A DNA stretch of 64,000 nucleotides from Candidatus Lindowbacteria bacterium RIFCSPLOWO2_12_FULL_62_27 (GTDB lineage Bacteria > Lindowbacteria > 2-12-FULL-62-27), in contig MFPR01000006.1 of assembly GCA_001784175.1 (NCBI GenBank), forward strand, positions 1 through 64,000. The letters are read 5' to 3'. Shown here one piece after another: positions 43,666-53,471 of this stretch. Below the pieces are notes generated by a model, which did not search any database, was not told where the DNA came from, and was given only the letters and a program-made list of their open reading frames with translations. Each line of letters starts with the position of its first letter. Positions within the stretch are counted from its first letter, which is position 1. A program made the translations under genes and the position numbers.

Positions 43666-43984
43666 AGTTCGCATCAAGAAGACCGTTCGCGAATATGATC
43701 CGAACGCGAAGGAGAATCTGCTCGCCTGGGCGTCCATCACGTTCGACAGTTCTTTCGTCATCCACAATGTCCGCATCGTCGAGTCCCCCAAAGGCATGTC
43801 GGTCCTCATGCCGTCCCGCCGCATGAAGGACGGCGAGATCAAGGACATCGCGCATCCGCTCAACATCGCCACACGCCGCAAAATCGAGCAGGCGACCATC
43901 GCCGAATACAAAAAACACGTCGCCGCCGGCGCCCCCTCCAGGCCTCCATCCCGGACAGAGGAGCCCGTCCCGCCCGCCGTGTAG
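43652..43984 (+). CDS. spoVG: SpoVG family nucleic-acid-binding protein
   Basis: EVTEVRI...ASITFD..FVIH.V....G..V.MPSR....DIAHP. Confidence 0.92.
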   Translation: MEVTEVRIKKTVREYDPNAKENLLAWASITFDSSFVIHNVRIVESPKGMSVLMPSRRMKDGEIKDIAHPLNIATRRKIEQATIAEYKKHVAAGAPSRPPSRTEEPVPPAV

Positions 43985-44041
43985 GGGTTCAGTTGTTTTT
44001 TACTTGCATTACGGCCTTCAGGATGGGTACACTTGCCTATT

Positions 44042-44725
44042 ATGAGTACGACGACCATGCCTTCGGTTTTGCTGCAGCCTTCGCTGGTGCTCAACAGCGC
44101 CTTCCTGCCCGTGTCGATCGTCCGGGCCTTCGAGGCGCTGTGCCTGGTGGTGACGGAGAAGGCCGACATCCTGTCGGGAGATGACCGCGAACCGATCCGG
44201 TCACAGTTTCTGAGCTTTCCGCTGCCCCGCGTCATTCGACTGCTCAGCTTTTCCGGCATGCCGACCAACCCGTCCTGGTCCCGGCTGAAAGTGCTCTACC
44301 GGGACGACCAGACCTGCGCATGGTGCGGGGTCCGCCGGAAGATCGACCAGCTCGACTGCGACCACATCGTGCCGCGGTCGCGGTGGAAGGAGTGCCCGCG
44401 GGACGTCCGGAGAAAATACGAAGCCCTGCCCGGCAAACTCCAGAACGTCCACGCCCCCTGGAACTCCTGGGAAAACACCGTCGCCTCGTGCCGCCCCTGC
44501 AACGCCAAAAAAGGCAACCGGTTCCACTGGGAAATCGGCTTGAAACTCCTCTGGGAACCCCACGAACCGGAGTACGTGCCGTCGGTGGTCGTCTCCTTCG
44601 AGCGCGCGAGACAAATGGGCTGGCTGGAATATCTCCTGAACACGCGGGGCAAACCCATCTTCCCCTCGGCCGTCAAAATCCTCGCGCTCCCCCCGATCTC
44701 CCGCGCCGTTCATCCGCAACCTTAG
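44042..44725 (+). CDS. HNH endonuclease (McrA-like)
   Basis: LVLN..F.P; RD..CAWCG; DHIVPRSR; WEN.VASC..CN.KK. Confidence 0.9.
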   Translation: MSTTTMPSVLLQPSLVLNSAFLPVSIVRAFEALCLVVTEKADILSGDDREPIRSQFLSFPLPRVIRLLSFSGMPTNPSWSRLKVLYRDDQTCAWCGVRRKIDQLDCDHIVPRSRWKECPRDVRRKYEALPGKLQNVHAPWNSWENTVASCRPCNAKKGNRFHWEIGLKLLWEPHEPEYVPSVVVSFERARQMGWLEYLLNTRGKPIFPSAVKILALPPISRAVHPQP

Positions 44726-44739
44726 TCCGCACCCGGTAT

Positions 44740-44811
44740 TGGGGCGTCGCCAAGCGGTAAGGCAGCGGCCTTTGGAGCCGTTATTCGCAGGTTCGAATCC
44801 TGCCGCCCCAG
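44740..44811 (+). tRNA. tRNA-Gln (anticodon TTG); CCA not encoded
   Basis: TGGGGCG/CGCCCCA acceptor stem, GCGGC-CTTTGGA-GCCGT anticodon arm, GGTTCGAATCC T-arm. Confidence 0.96.
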
Positions 44812-44918
44812 GTTGTTGACACGTCAAGCAGTCATAGAAATTTGAAGAACTTACGAAACAAGACGGACTTCGAAACATTTTTACCCATCTCACGGAATCT
44901 CACCCGATCTCACGCTAT

Positions 44919-44942
44919 AGTTGGCACTTATTTGGCACCAAA
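44919..44942 (+). repeat. Left-end copy of the 24-bp motif AGTTGGCACTWATTTGGCACCAAA (putative integrase arm-type sites)
   Basis: Second copy at 63751-63774 with 1 mismatch; contains tandem TTGGCAC. Confidence 0.7.
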
Positions 44943-45067
44943 ATTCTTTCGTAAGCGCCCCTCGGGGTTTTCCATTCTCATGTCAGCTTGGCGATGTATT
45001 CTGGCTGACAACAACAAGAAAAATAGCTGGACGTAAAATATTTCAGGTTCATAAGTCGACGTTACTG

Positions 45068-46483
45068 ATGTATGATCCTGAATCTATGTCACGATCAAAA
45101 CATATCAAATCGCTACGGCGTATCCCGCAGAATAGTGTTGTCGATGACATAACATCAGTACACAGGGCTGCATCCCTGAATGTGGCCGATATCGAATCAG
45201 CGCATCGGTTCCACGTTTATTGCGCCCGATTCCCATCTGAAATCCCTCTGCAAGCCATCAAGGAATATTCAAAAGTCGGACAGATCGTCTTCGATCCGTT
45301 TTGTGGAAGCGGCACCACGTTGGTCGCCGGGTTGCTGATGGGCCGCCAAGTTTGGGGTTCCGACATCGATGAATTGGCGTCGCTCCTCTCATGGGCCAAA
45401 ACCCATCCCGACACTGAGAAAGCCTACGATGCTTTTTCGAATCAATATCAGAAAACTTTGTTTGAGACATTTGAATCTATTTCCGACCACATCGACCATG
45501 TGACATCGAATGTGACCAGCGCAGGGGAAATCCGCGTAAACGGATATTGTCTCGCTTTGCCTGAATTTCTTCCTTTAACCTACTGGTTTCCTCCCAAGGC
45601 CGTCGTGGGATTGGCGGCGATCTCGCAGTATGCGGCTTGCCGCCGCAAAAAAACTTTTCGAGTGGCGGCCGAACTGGCCCTTTCTGCGTCTATCATTTCC
45701 AAGTGGCCAAATACGGTGAGCTACGCCATGGACATCGATCACACGCGTCCGCACCGGAGGATTCGGCGAATTGGGCTTTCCAAAGTCTTTTCCATGTACT
45801 GCGGGCGTCTGGACCGCGTTCTTTCCGCGCTATCGGCATTGCGCCGCCGATACGAAGGAATGGGCATATCAAATAATCTGGATCAGTTGGCCAAAGTCTT
45901 TCCAAACATGGATGCCAGAAATTTGCATCAAGTATCCGATGAAAGTGTTGACCTGATCGTGACGTCGCCACCCTATTTTGACGCCGTTGACTACCCACGG
46001 TCCCATCGGTTTTCCCTTTGCTGGTTGAACAAGCCGGCGCCGCGCTACAATCGCTATATCGGGCTTTATAGAAATTCAAAGTTGAAACTTGATGAATGGT
46101 TGGCAGGCCGGGCGGAATTTATAAAAATATTGCCGGGGAAAGTGAGATCGGACGTTGCTAAAGGAAGCAAATGGGTAACGTTTTTTGAGGATTTGCGGCT
46201 GTCTCTTGGTGAAATGTATCGAGTTCTGGTCAGCGGGGGTACGGCGGTTTGCGTCATCGCGGACAATCAGGTCGGAGGAGTACGAATCGCCGCGCATCAG
46301 GCGATGGTCCATCTAAGCCGGGAGTGTGGATTCGAAGTCGTTCACGTGTCGAAACGGAAGATCGAACCGAGTAAGCGGCGTTTCCCATCCGGTACATTCG
46401 GGTTTGACGGGCCGATGCGGCACGAACACGTCATCGTTATTCGCCGCCCGCCGAAGTCGCGTATCAAAAAAGGCCAAGGCTGA
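45068..46483 (+). CDS. Amino-DNA methyltransferase (N4-C/N6-A type)
   Basis: H.YCARFP, DPFCGSGTT (motif I), VDLIVTSPPY (motif IV). Start is 45068 or 45086. Confidence 0.88.
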   Translation: MYDPESMSRSKHIKSLRRIPQNSVVDDITSVHRAASLNVADIESAHRFHVYCARFPSEIPLQAIKEYSKVGQIVFDPFCGSGTTLVAGLLMGRQVWGSDIDELASLLSWAKTHPDTEKAYDAFSNQYQKTLFETFESISDHIDHVTSNVTSAGEIRVNGYCLALPEFLPLTYWFPPKAVVGLAAISQYAACRRKKTFRVAAELALSASIISKWPNTVSYAMDIDHTRPHRRIRRIGLSKVFSMYCGRLDRVLSALSALRRRYEGMGISNNLDQLAKVFPNMDARNLHQVSDESVDLIVTSPPYFDAVDYPRSHRFSLCWLNKPAPRYNRYIGLYRNSKLKLDEWLAGRAEFIKILPGKVRSDVAKGSKWVTFFEDLRLSLGEMYRVLVSGGTAVCVIADNQVGGVRIAAHQAMVHLSRECGFEVVHVSKRKIEPSKRRFPSGTFGFDGPMRHEHVIVIRRPPKSRIKKGQG

Positions 46484-46489
46484 GAGTTC

Positions 46490-47107
46490 GTGTCAAAGCT
46501 GGCGCAAGATGCCCTGCTTCAATTACACGCTCATCTATTAAAAAGGGATCGCGAAGACGCGCCTGACGAAATGGCCGGCGTTCTTTTACCCTGGCTCATC
46601 GAACAACTCACAAGGGCGTATCCGGGTGTTTCCGATTCCCATCTGATCACCGAGTCTGGGGTGGATGCCCTTTGGGAATATCTGCGCCGCCCCGAACGAT
46701 ATCAGCCGGATCGCGCATCCCTGACGACCTATTTGATGGTGGCGGCCCGGGGAGACTTGTTGAACAAACTCCAAAAACAAAAGCGCATCGCGGTGCACGA
46801 AAAAAATTATGAGGAAGGTGTCGAACTTGAGGTGGCGGACGGGAATATGAATATGGGAGATGACTTGGAAGTCGTCGAAACCGTGGCGCAGGTGTCGCAT
46901 GCTGTGAATCAAAAAATACCAGACGGCGCGGACAGAAAGGTGCTTGAATTGATGATGAGCGGGGAAAGAAGGACTTCTGAATATGCCAAAGTCCTTGGTA
47001 TCGAGTTGCTGCCGGCGGACCGACAGGCGTGTGAGGTCAAGCGGGTGAAAGACCGCCTCAAAAAAGTTCTCATTCGTCTGAAAGGGGGTGATCTTCGTGT
47101 CGATTGA
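46490..47107 (+). CDS. Sigma-70/ECF-like RNA polymerase sigma factor
   Basis: Region-2-like DAL..YL.RP.RY.P.R.SL.TYL..AAR.DL.N; region-4-like HTH (EYAKVLGI...VKR.K.RL). Confidence 0.7.
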   Translation: MSKLAQDALLQLHAHLLKRDREDAPDEMAGVLLPWLIEQLTRAYPGVSDSHLITESGVDALWEYLRRPERYQPDRASLTTYLMVAARGDLLNKLQKQKRIAVHEKNYEEGVELEVADGNMNMGDDLEVVETVAQVSHAVNQKIPDGADRKVLELMMSGERRTSEYAKVLGIELLPADRQACEVKRVKDRLKKVLIRLKGGDLRVD

Positions 47108-47489
47108 ACAGGCCATGCCTCTTTTGGCGCGGAGGGCGGAATCCGACCCGCGTTTTATGGGCTGGATTTTGGCCCGATATTGCCAGATGGAAAAATTATC
47201 CATGAATGATCTGACACGCATTCTTGCTTGCACTAAAGAGACGGTCGATAGGCTTTGTATTTGTTTTCGCCCCCGGGCGGAGAATTTTTCAAGTGGGATC
47301 CGGCTTTTGGCCGAAAAATTTATTCTGTCCCCGATCGCGCTCGCTCAAATCGTGCGTCACGTGGATGCCACTGCGGCCATATCTGAAAAAGGGCCGTCAA
47401 AACAATCCATGGACGGTCTTCTCATGGCGGCGCGACCAAAAAAACATTTGCACAAGAAACCGCGCGACAAGGGCGGGAAATCCACATGA
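47097..47489 (+). CDS. Small hypothetical protein, possible HTH / anti-sigma partner
   Basis: Overlaps both neighbours; helical, HTH-like LTRILACTKETVDRL; basic tail. Confidence 0.6.
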   Translation: MSIEQAMPLLARRAESDPRFMGWILARYCQMEKLSMNDLTRILACTKETVDRLCICFRPRAENFSSGIRLLAEKFILSPIALAQIVRHVDATAAISEKGPSKQSMDGLLMAARPKKHLHKKPRDKGGKST

Positions 47490-48268
47490 ATATGAATCTG
47501 ATTGTCCGGTTGGCCGGAGAATTTTGGAGTCGGACGGGCGATCCGGACTCATTTCCAAGGGACATTGAATCGGCCGTATCTCTTTCGATTCCGATGGCCA
47601 TTGTTAAACTTCCGAGGCTTGAAGTGTCCGCGATTGCCCAGTGGTTTGATCAACGCGGCATCCAGCGTCCTTTTCCTCCCGATGGCCGACCTCTCGCGGG
47701 TTGTCTCATCGCCTTTCGAGGGCAGGCCATCGCCTTTCTGGACGGAGCGGAGCCGGCCGACGAACGAAGATTTAACCTCGCCCATGAGGTTGCGCATTTT
47801 TTGCTCGATTATCTGGATCCGCGCCTGCGCGCTTTGGACCATTTTGGCCCGAGTATACTGGATGTTCTCGATGGACTCCGGCGTCCCAGCGTAACGGAAC
47901 GGGTTGATGCTCTTTTGAGCCGTGTGGCCTTGGGTGTCCATGTCCATTTGATGGAAAGAGGACGCAGGCGTGAGGTCGATCCAGAATCTGTAGCTGTTTC
48001 GGAACACTGGGCGGATGTCCTGGCCTTCGAACTGCTGGCGCCGCGAAGGCGTGTGACATCGATAATTGGGCGCGCCGAATCGTCGTCGCTGGATAGCGTT
48101 TCTGATACCGGTGTCGAAAAGGCGGCGGGGTTATTGGCCAAAGAATTTGGATTGCCGCCTGGTGAGGCTGAAATATTGGCGAAACTGATTTTGAAACCGA
48201 AACACAAACCGCATTCCTTGCTTCACGAACTCGGATTCTCACCTGTAAAGAAAGGGGTGGATAGATAA
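47486..48268 (+). CDS. ImmA/IrrE family Zn metallo-endopeptidase
   Basis: RRFNLAHEVAH (HExxH) and E..AD.LA.ELLAP. Confidence 0.88.
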   Translation: MNMNLIVRLAGEFWSRTGDPDSFPRDIESAVSLSIPMAIVKLPRLEVSAIAQWFDQRGIQRPFPPDGRPLAGCLIAFRGQAIAFLDGAEPADERRFNLAHEVAHFLLDYLDPRLRALDHFGPSILDVLDGLRRPSVTERVDALLSRVALGVHVHLMERGRRREVDPESVAVSEHWADVLAFELLAPRRRVTSIIGRAESSSLDSVSDTGVEKAAGLLAKEFGLPPGEAEILAKLILKPKHKPHSLLHELGFSPVKKGVDR

Positions 48269-49492
48269 ATGGAAGAAGAATCAATTGCGGAAGTTCCGGC
48301 CCTGCCGGTTCTGGATGAAGATGCGGTGATCAGCGGTGCGGAGTGGGAACGCGCCTATGGCGAAAAAATTGAGCACATGCTGAATCTGGACACATGGAAA
48401 AGCGGTGACGATCTGCCCGGCCTATTGGAGCGATTGGACCGGGAGATCGGAGAGGCACTTTCACAAGAGGATAATCTTCAGAGACAGATTCGGGACTTGT
48501 TGTTCCCCAGAATCGGCAAACAAAAGGGCGCCCCGAAAAATGCGGGCGTTTACCAGGCCACGGCCGATCAGTTGGATCGTGTCTATCGCAAAATTCTGTT
48601 TAATGGCGGAGTCGAAGCCTGTGATGGAACAAGCCTCGTCCATGACACTCTGCCCATGACCATCATCCAGATCGGGGTGTGCCTTGTGTCCTATCATGGA
48701 GAGCAGGGATCGTGGATCCAGCGTTTTTACAGGCGTGATTTGCGCGTCCGCGGGACTGATATCGTGGATGAAGCCCTTAAGATTCTTGGGCAACGAGAGC
48801 GCAAAGATTCGCGCGGCAAACCTCTTCGCATGAAAATGACAGAACTCAGCAAGAGAGGAATCATGGCCTACGCGGAGCGGGCCGCGCTCCTGCAAAAATG
48901 CACGGCGCCTTGGAGAATGGGGCAAGGAAACCCGGCGCCTTATGAGCTTTTGACCGGCTCTGGCAGTCCGGAACTGATTGAGCAGAGTCTGCCGATTCTT
49001 GAAGAGTTGATCGGACACATCAAAAGATTTGTGTTTATTCCAAGCTCGACGACCAATGTTTTGATTCAAACGATTGGCCAGGCTCTGCGTCCCCTTGAAT
49101 TCGCTATTGTGGATACCGAAGCCCATCGGATAGGCGCGCTGGTAGACAGAGGCCACTACAGAGGCGATCAGTATCGAGCGCAGAAGGAGCGTTTGGATGC
49201 ATTCGTACAGGATTTGGGTCCGCAGATCGTGGTGGGCGTCTACCGAGCTACCCATGAGGCGCCTGCGCAAGTGTTCTACGCGCATGAGGAGCACGCGCAG
49301 GAAGCGGCGCTCATTGCGATGGCGGACAGCGCCCTGCAGGCGCATCGCGGATTTCCGATGCTGATCGACATTGCGGATTCCATTTGTAGCGGGGCCTTCG
49401 GGCTGGACGGATTCAATTCCAGTATCCAGAGCGCCTATGCGAAGCACGGCCAGCCCCTGCGTTATCTGGGCGAGAGGGAAACCCGTCGGTAA
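48269..49492 (+). CDS. NurA-like (RNase H fold) nuclease
   Basis: ACDGT, AYAER, C-terminal GFPMLIDIAD (compare the NurA GYP..L..A motif); directly before HerA. Confidence 0.65.
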   Translation: MEEESIAEVPALPVLDEDAVISGAEWERAYGEKIEHMLNLDTWKSGDDLPGLLERLDREIGEALSQEDNLQRQIRDLLFPRIGKQKGAPKNAGVYQATADQLDRVYRKILFNGGVEACDGTSLVHDTLPMTIIQIGVCLVSYHGEQGSWIQRFYRRDLRVRGTDIVDEALKILGQRERKDSRGKPLRMKMTELSKRGIMAYAERAALLQKCTAPWRMGQGNPAPYELLTGSGSPELIEQSLPILEELIGHIKRFVFIPSSTTNVLIQTIGQALRPLEFAIVDTEAHRIGALVDRGHYRGDQYRAQKERLDAFVQDLGPQIVVGVYRATHEAPAQVFYAHEEHAQEAALIAMADSALQAHRGFPMLIDIADSICSGAFGLDGFNSSIQSAYAKHGQPLRYLGERETRR

Positions 49493-49563
49493 ATTTTTCG
49501 GATGTTGTCGAACTTTCCGTGGCCGGCGGGAATAAAGAGAGGACAACAAAAAAGGAGGCTGAC

Positions 49564-51456
49564 ATGGAAACTGAAACAAGCGGTTCGTCAACATTGGCGG
49601 ATAAGAAAGATTGGAAACCAGGCACCGTCTCATCCGAAACCATGGAAGGAATAGACGCTGTCGCGGAAGAGGTGGGAGCGGAATATACATCCCTGCCCGA
49701 ACACGAGGGCGCGATTGCGTTCACCCATTTTGATACGCCGAGCAGCGAGGACCACCGCATCACGGTCCTCCTGACAAAGGAAAATATGGCATCCATGCCT
49801 CTTCAGTCCCTTGTTCGGATAAAAAGCCTGGAGGACAGCAGATCTTACATCGGGAGCGTGACCGCCGGGCCGTTTGCCGAACCCGATGGCCTCCGGGCGG
49901 ATTCGCCCATTGTTGTGACAACGACCGTCAAGGGCAAAATATTTCTGCCGCGCTATCACGGGCGTGCTTACGTATCGATTCTTGGGGAAGAATCAAACAA
50001 TCAGATGTTGCCGCCCCGTTTCCGGCCTCGGCCGAACAGTCCGGTATTCCCTCTCACGACCGAGGAAACCATGAAGGCGCTGAAAATCGGGGGAGATATT
50101 CGGATTGGGAACATGGTGGGTGTCGACAATCTGGTGGTTTCGATCCCGTCGAAACGTAAAGATGTCCTTCCGCGTCACACAGGGATTTTTGGAACGACCG
50201 GCGGCGGTAAATCGACGACCAACTCCGGCCTCATCAGCAAACTTCACCGCGCGGGCGTGGCCACGATCGTGATTGATGTGGAGGGTGAATATGTGGAGAG
50301 CGACCAGCCCACGGCCGATCCCCAAATGAAGGAAGGGCTGGCCAAACTCAATCTTCCGAGAGACGTCGTGGCCGATCTTCGGGTTTATCACTTGGAAGGC
50401 CGGGAGACGAACCGGGAAATCCCGGGGAAACTCCATCCTTTTTGTTTGAAATTTTCAGACATCTCCCCGTATGCGGTCAAGGAGATTTTGGAACTGACCG
50501 AGCCACAGGAACAACGTTTTTTCAAAACCTATGACACGCTCAAAATCATTCTGGAACGTCTCAAGATTTATCCGCGGACGTCGGATGAAAAGACCGAGGC
50601 GCTGGAGATTGACGAATTTGATACGGGTTATCCACATGTGACGATTAGCCAGATGATTGATTTGGCCGGCGTGTTTCTTGCCCAGTTGGACGAGGATAAG
50701 AATTCTAAAAAAACAAAAACGTCGGATTCGGGCGAACAGAGGGTGTACCCCACGTGGACATCGGAGTTTCGAGGACATGAGGATGTTTTGAAATCCTGCG
50801 CCGCGCAGGCGCAGGCCCTTGGCATTCCCATCAGCTGGCGCGCCCTACTGGTTCATTTGTGGAAGGTGGCGCGATTGAAAGTGTTCGACAATCCCAAAGC
50901 GCCGGCGCTCAATTACGAGGATCTGATTCACCCGGGTCGGGTATCGGTGTTCGATCTTTCGGATACCGGATCGCCGCGAGTCAACAATCTGGTCATTTCG
51001 GATATTTTGCGCGGCGTACAGGCGGCGCAGGAGGCTAGCTACAAGGAGGCCGTTAAACGTGGCGTCGCGCCGAGTCCCGTCGTCATCATCATCGAGGAGG
51101 CGCACGAATTTTTGTCCGACCAGCGCATCAAGCAGATGCCCATCCTGTTTCAGCAGGTTGCCCGGATCGCCCGGCGTGGCCGCAAGCGCTGGCTGGGGCT
51201 TGTCTTTTCGACACAGATGCCCCAGCACCTGCCGGACGAGGTTCTGGGTCTGCTCAATAATCACGTCATTCACAAGATATCGGATTCTCACGTGATCGAC
51301 CACCTGCGAAAATCGCTGGGCGGATTCGACGCCGGCATATGGAAAATGGTTCCGAGCCTGGCTCCCGGTCAGGCCGTCGTATCCATGGCTCACATGGCGC
51401 GGCCGATCATGGTCAGCGTTGATCCGACTCCCTGCAGGCTCAAACTGTCCAACTGA
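49564..51456 (+). CDS. HerA/FtsK-superfamily ATPase with N-terminal HAS-barrel-like region
   Basis: H.GIFGTTGGGKS, IDVEGEY, IIEEAHEF, ARRGRK..LGL...TQ; AAGGAGG RBS. Confidence 0.9.
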   Translation: METETSGSSTLADKKDWKPGTVSSETMEGIDAVAEEVGAEYTSLPEHEGAIAFTHFDTPSSEDHRITVLLTKENMASMPLQSLVRIKSLEDSRSYIGSVTAGPFAEPDGLRADSPIVVTTTVKGKIFLPRYHGRAYVSILGEESNNQMLPPRFRPRPNSPVFPLTTEETMKALKIGGDIRIGNMVGVDNLVVSIPSKRKDVLPRHTGIFGTTGGGKSTTNSGLISKLHRAGVATIVIDVEGEYVESDQPTADPQMKEGLAKLNLPRDVVADLRVYHLEGRETNREIPGKLHPFCLKFSDISPYAVKEILELTEPQEQRFFKTYDTLKIILERLKIYPRTSDEKTEALEIDEFDTGYPHVTISQMIDLAGVFLAQLDEDKNSKKTKTSDSGEQRVYPTWTSEFRGHEDVLKSCAAQAQALGIPISWRALLVHLWKVARLKVFDNPKAPALNYEDLIHPGRVSVFDLSDTGSPRVNNLVISDILRGVQAAQEASYKEAVKRGVAPSPVVIIIEEAHEFLSDQRIKQMPILFQQVARIARRGRKRWLGLVFSTQMPQHLPDEVLGLLNNHVIHKISDSHVIDHLRKSLGGFDAGIWKMVPSLAPGQAVVSMAHMARPIMVSVDPTPCRLKLSN

Positions 51457-51458
51457 TC

Positions 51459-53168
51459 ATGCTGCCGGCCAATTCGTCAGATCCGCTGATTCCAGTTCGT
51501 GCATTGAATCAAATCAATTTTTGCGAACGGCTGTTTTACTTGCAATATGTCGAAGGTCTGATGGCAGTGAACGCCTACGTGGAGGACGGCAGCGTCAAAC
51601 ATCGCCGGATGGCGGAAATATCGGCTCCCTGCCAGCCGCGCATGGAGGATGGAGTGATACACACCCGAAGCGTCAGCCTCTCATCCGAGAGACTTGGGAT
51701 TACGGCCAAGCTCGACCTCGTCGAGGAAACAGACAACAAGATATTTCCTGTCGAATACAAGCGGTCAGCCGCGCCCGCCGGCGGAAACCCATGGTGGGAA
51801 AATGACGCGATCCAGCTGTGCGCCCAGGTTTTTCTTCTGGAAGAACATCTGGGAAAGGCGATCCATGAGGGCGTACTCTATTACATTGGATCGAAATCCA
51901 GGAGCGTCGTTCCGATGGACGCATCCCTTCGGGAGAAAACACTGCATGCCATTCGCCGCGCCCGGGAACTGTTCGCGTCTGACAAGACGCCGCCTCCTTT
52001 GCCGGTCGAAAAGGCTCACCGGTGTGAGGGGTGCTCGCTGGTGGCGATCTGTCAGCCGGAAGAGACAAGAATGTTGACCGGAATGAAGACGCTCCGGAGA
52101 AATGCGGCCTCCGGAGTGACACGAGTGATGCCGACGCGGAACGATGGCGCCGTGCTTTACCTCCAGGAGCAGGGATCGCGGGTTTCAAAGCAAAGCGAGC
52201 ACCTGATCGTGCGATGCGAGGGGAAAGAAATGCAAAAGGTTCCAATGGCGGCTGTCCGGCAGGTGCTGCTTTTTGGCAACGTCCAAATTTCGACGCAGAC
52301 CCTGGGATTGTTGCTTCAGCAGGAAGTGGACGTCACGATTTTGAGCGCACGGGGCCGGTTTATCGGCGCTGTGGTCCCGGCGCCCACGAAAAATGTCACG
52401 TTACGGGCGGAGCAATATCGACTGTTTTCAAATCCGGCGGCCACGTTGCGACTGTCACAAGCCTGCATTCGGGCGAAAATTTCAAATCAACGAACGCTGC
52501 TCATGCGGTCCCTGCGATCCAGGGGCGGGGATGTCAGCGTGCCGCGCGGAGGCGATTCCCCGGCGGCGGAGGAGATGGCGCGATTGGCAAATTCAGTTGA
52601 ACGCGTGGAAGACGCGGAAACACTGCTGGGAGTCGAAGGGCAGGCCGCTCACGTTTACTTTTCAAATTTTCAGCAGATGATCAAATCCGTCGGCGGCGGA
52701 TTTGATTTCCAGTTCCGCAACCGCCGTCCGCCCCGGGATCCCGTCAACGCCCTTCTCTCGCTCGCCTATTCGCTTTTGGCGAAAGACGCCTTCGCGGCCG
52801 TCCTGACGGTCGGATTCGATCCCTATCTTGGTTTTTACCATGGCTCAAAATTCGGCCGGCCATCTCTCGCCCTGGACATGATGGAAGAATTTCGGGCTGT
52901 GATCGCCGATTCAGTTGTCCTCACCGTGATCAACACCGGTGTTGTTCAGGAAGCCGATTTTCTTCGCTGGGGAAATGCCTGTCAGTTGACCGACCCCGCT
53001 CGAAAACGTTTTTTTGAGGCGTATGAACAGCGGAAGGCCGTTGAAATTACGCACCCTGTCTTCGGATACAAAATGACCTGCGGCCGGATGCTCGAAGTTC
53101 AGGCCCGCCTGCTTGCGGCGTTCGTGCGTGGAGACATTTCCGAATACAAGGGATTCACCGTTCGCTGA
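51459..53168 (+). CDS. cas1: Cas4-Cas1 fusion
   Basis: Cas4 part: C + D...PVEYKR + QLCAQ + CxxCxxxxxC. Cas1 part: GVEG.AA..YF, RRPPRDPVNA.LS, GF.H, LALD.MEEFR. Confidence 0.95.
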   Translation: MLPANSSDPLIPVRALNQINFCERLFYLQYVEGLMAVNAYVEDGSVKHRRMAEISAPCQPRMEDGVIHTRSVSLSSERLGITAKLDLVEETDNKIFPVEYKRSAAPAGGNPWWENDAIQLCAQVFLLEEHLGKAIHEGVLYYIGSKSRSVVPMDASLREKTLHAIRRARELFASDKTPPPLPVEKAHRCEGCSLVAICQPEETRMLTGMKTLRRNAASGVTRVMPTRNDGAVLYLQEQGSRVSKQSEHLIVRCEGKEMQKVPMAAVRQVLLFGNVQISTQTLGLLLQQEVDVTILSARGRFIGAVVPAPTKNVTLRAEQYRLFSNPAATLRLSQACIRAKISNQRTLLMRSLRSRGGDVSVPRGGDSPAAEEMARLANSVERVEDAETLLGVEGQAAHVYFSNFQQMIKSVGGGFDFQFRNRRPPRDPVNALLSLAYSLLAKDAFAAVLTVGFDPYLGFYHGSKFGRPSLALDMMEEFRAVIADSVVLTVINTGVVQEADFLRWGNACQLTDPARKRFFEAYEQRKAVEITHPVFGYKMTCGRMLEVQARLLAAFVRGDISEYKGFTVR

Positions 53169-53175
53169 CCGCTCC

Positions 53176-53463
53176 ATGCCGGAAACCCACATCGTTTCGT
53201 ATGATATTCGGCATCCCAAGCGTCTGCGCCGCGTCGCCAAGACATGCCAGGACTTTGGCTGCCGGCGCCAGCTCTCCGTGTTTTTGTGTAGAATCTCTCC
53301 GGTCGACCTGATACGGTTAAAAGATCGATTGAATGAGATCATTGATCGCAAGAACGACCAGATTCTGTTCATCCGGCTGTGCCAAAGTTGCGGCGATGGC
53401 ATCGAATCGCTCGGTCAGCCGACCTTGCGTCACGATGTCACGGATGTCTGTCTGGTGATCTGA
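53176..53463 (+). CDS. cas2: CRISPR-associated endoribonuclease Cas2
   Basis: IVSYDI..PKRLRRV.K....G.R.Q.SVF. Confidence 0.95.
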   Translation: MPETHIVSYDIRHPKRLRRVAKTCQDFGCRRQLSVFLCRISPVDLIRLKDRLNEIIDRKNDQILFIRLCQSCGDGIESLGQPTLRHDVTDVCLVI

Positions 53464-53471
53464 GGGTGCCT

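Noticed and set aside
44042-44725. HNH nuclease as part of the defence island or CRISPR system
   Set aside because: It lies outside attL, has host-like GC and belongs to a common standalone family.
53379-53471. ORF-track N-terminal extensions (cas12b from 53379, cas2 from 53113, MTase from 44921, cNMP-GAF from 18590)
   Set aside because: They overlap upstream genes or att-arm DNA; family-typical N-termini begin at the downstream starts used here.
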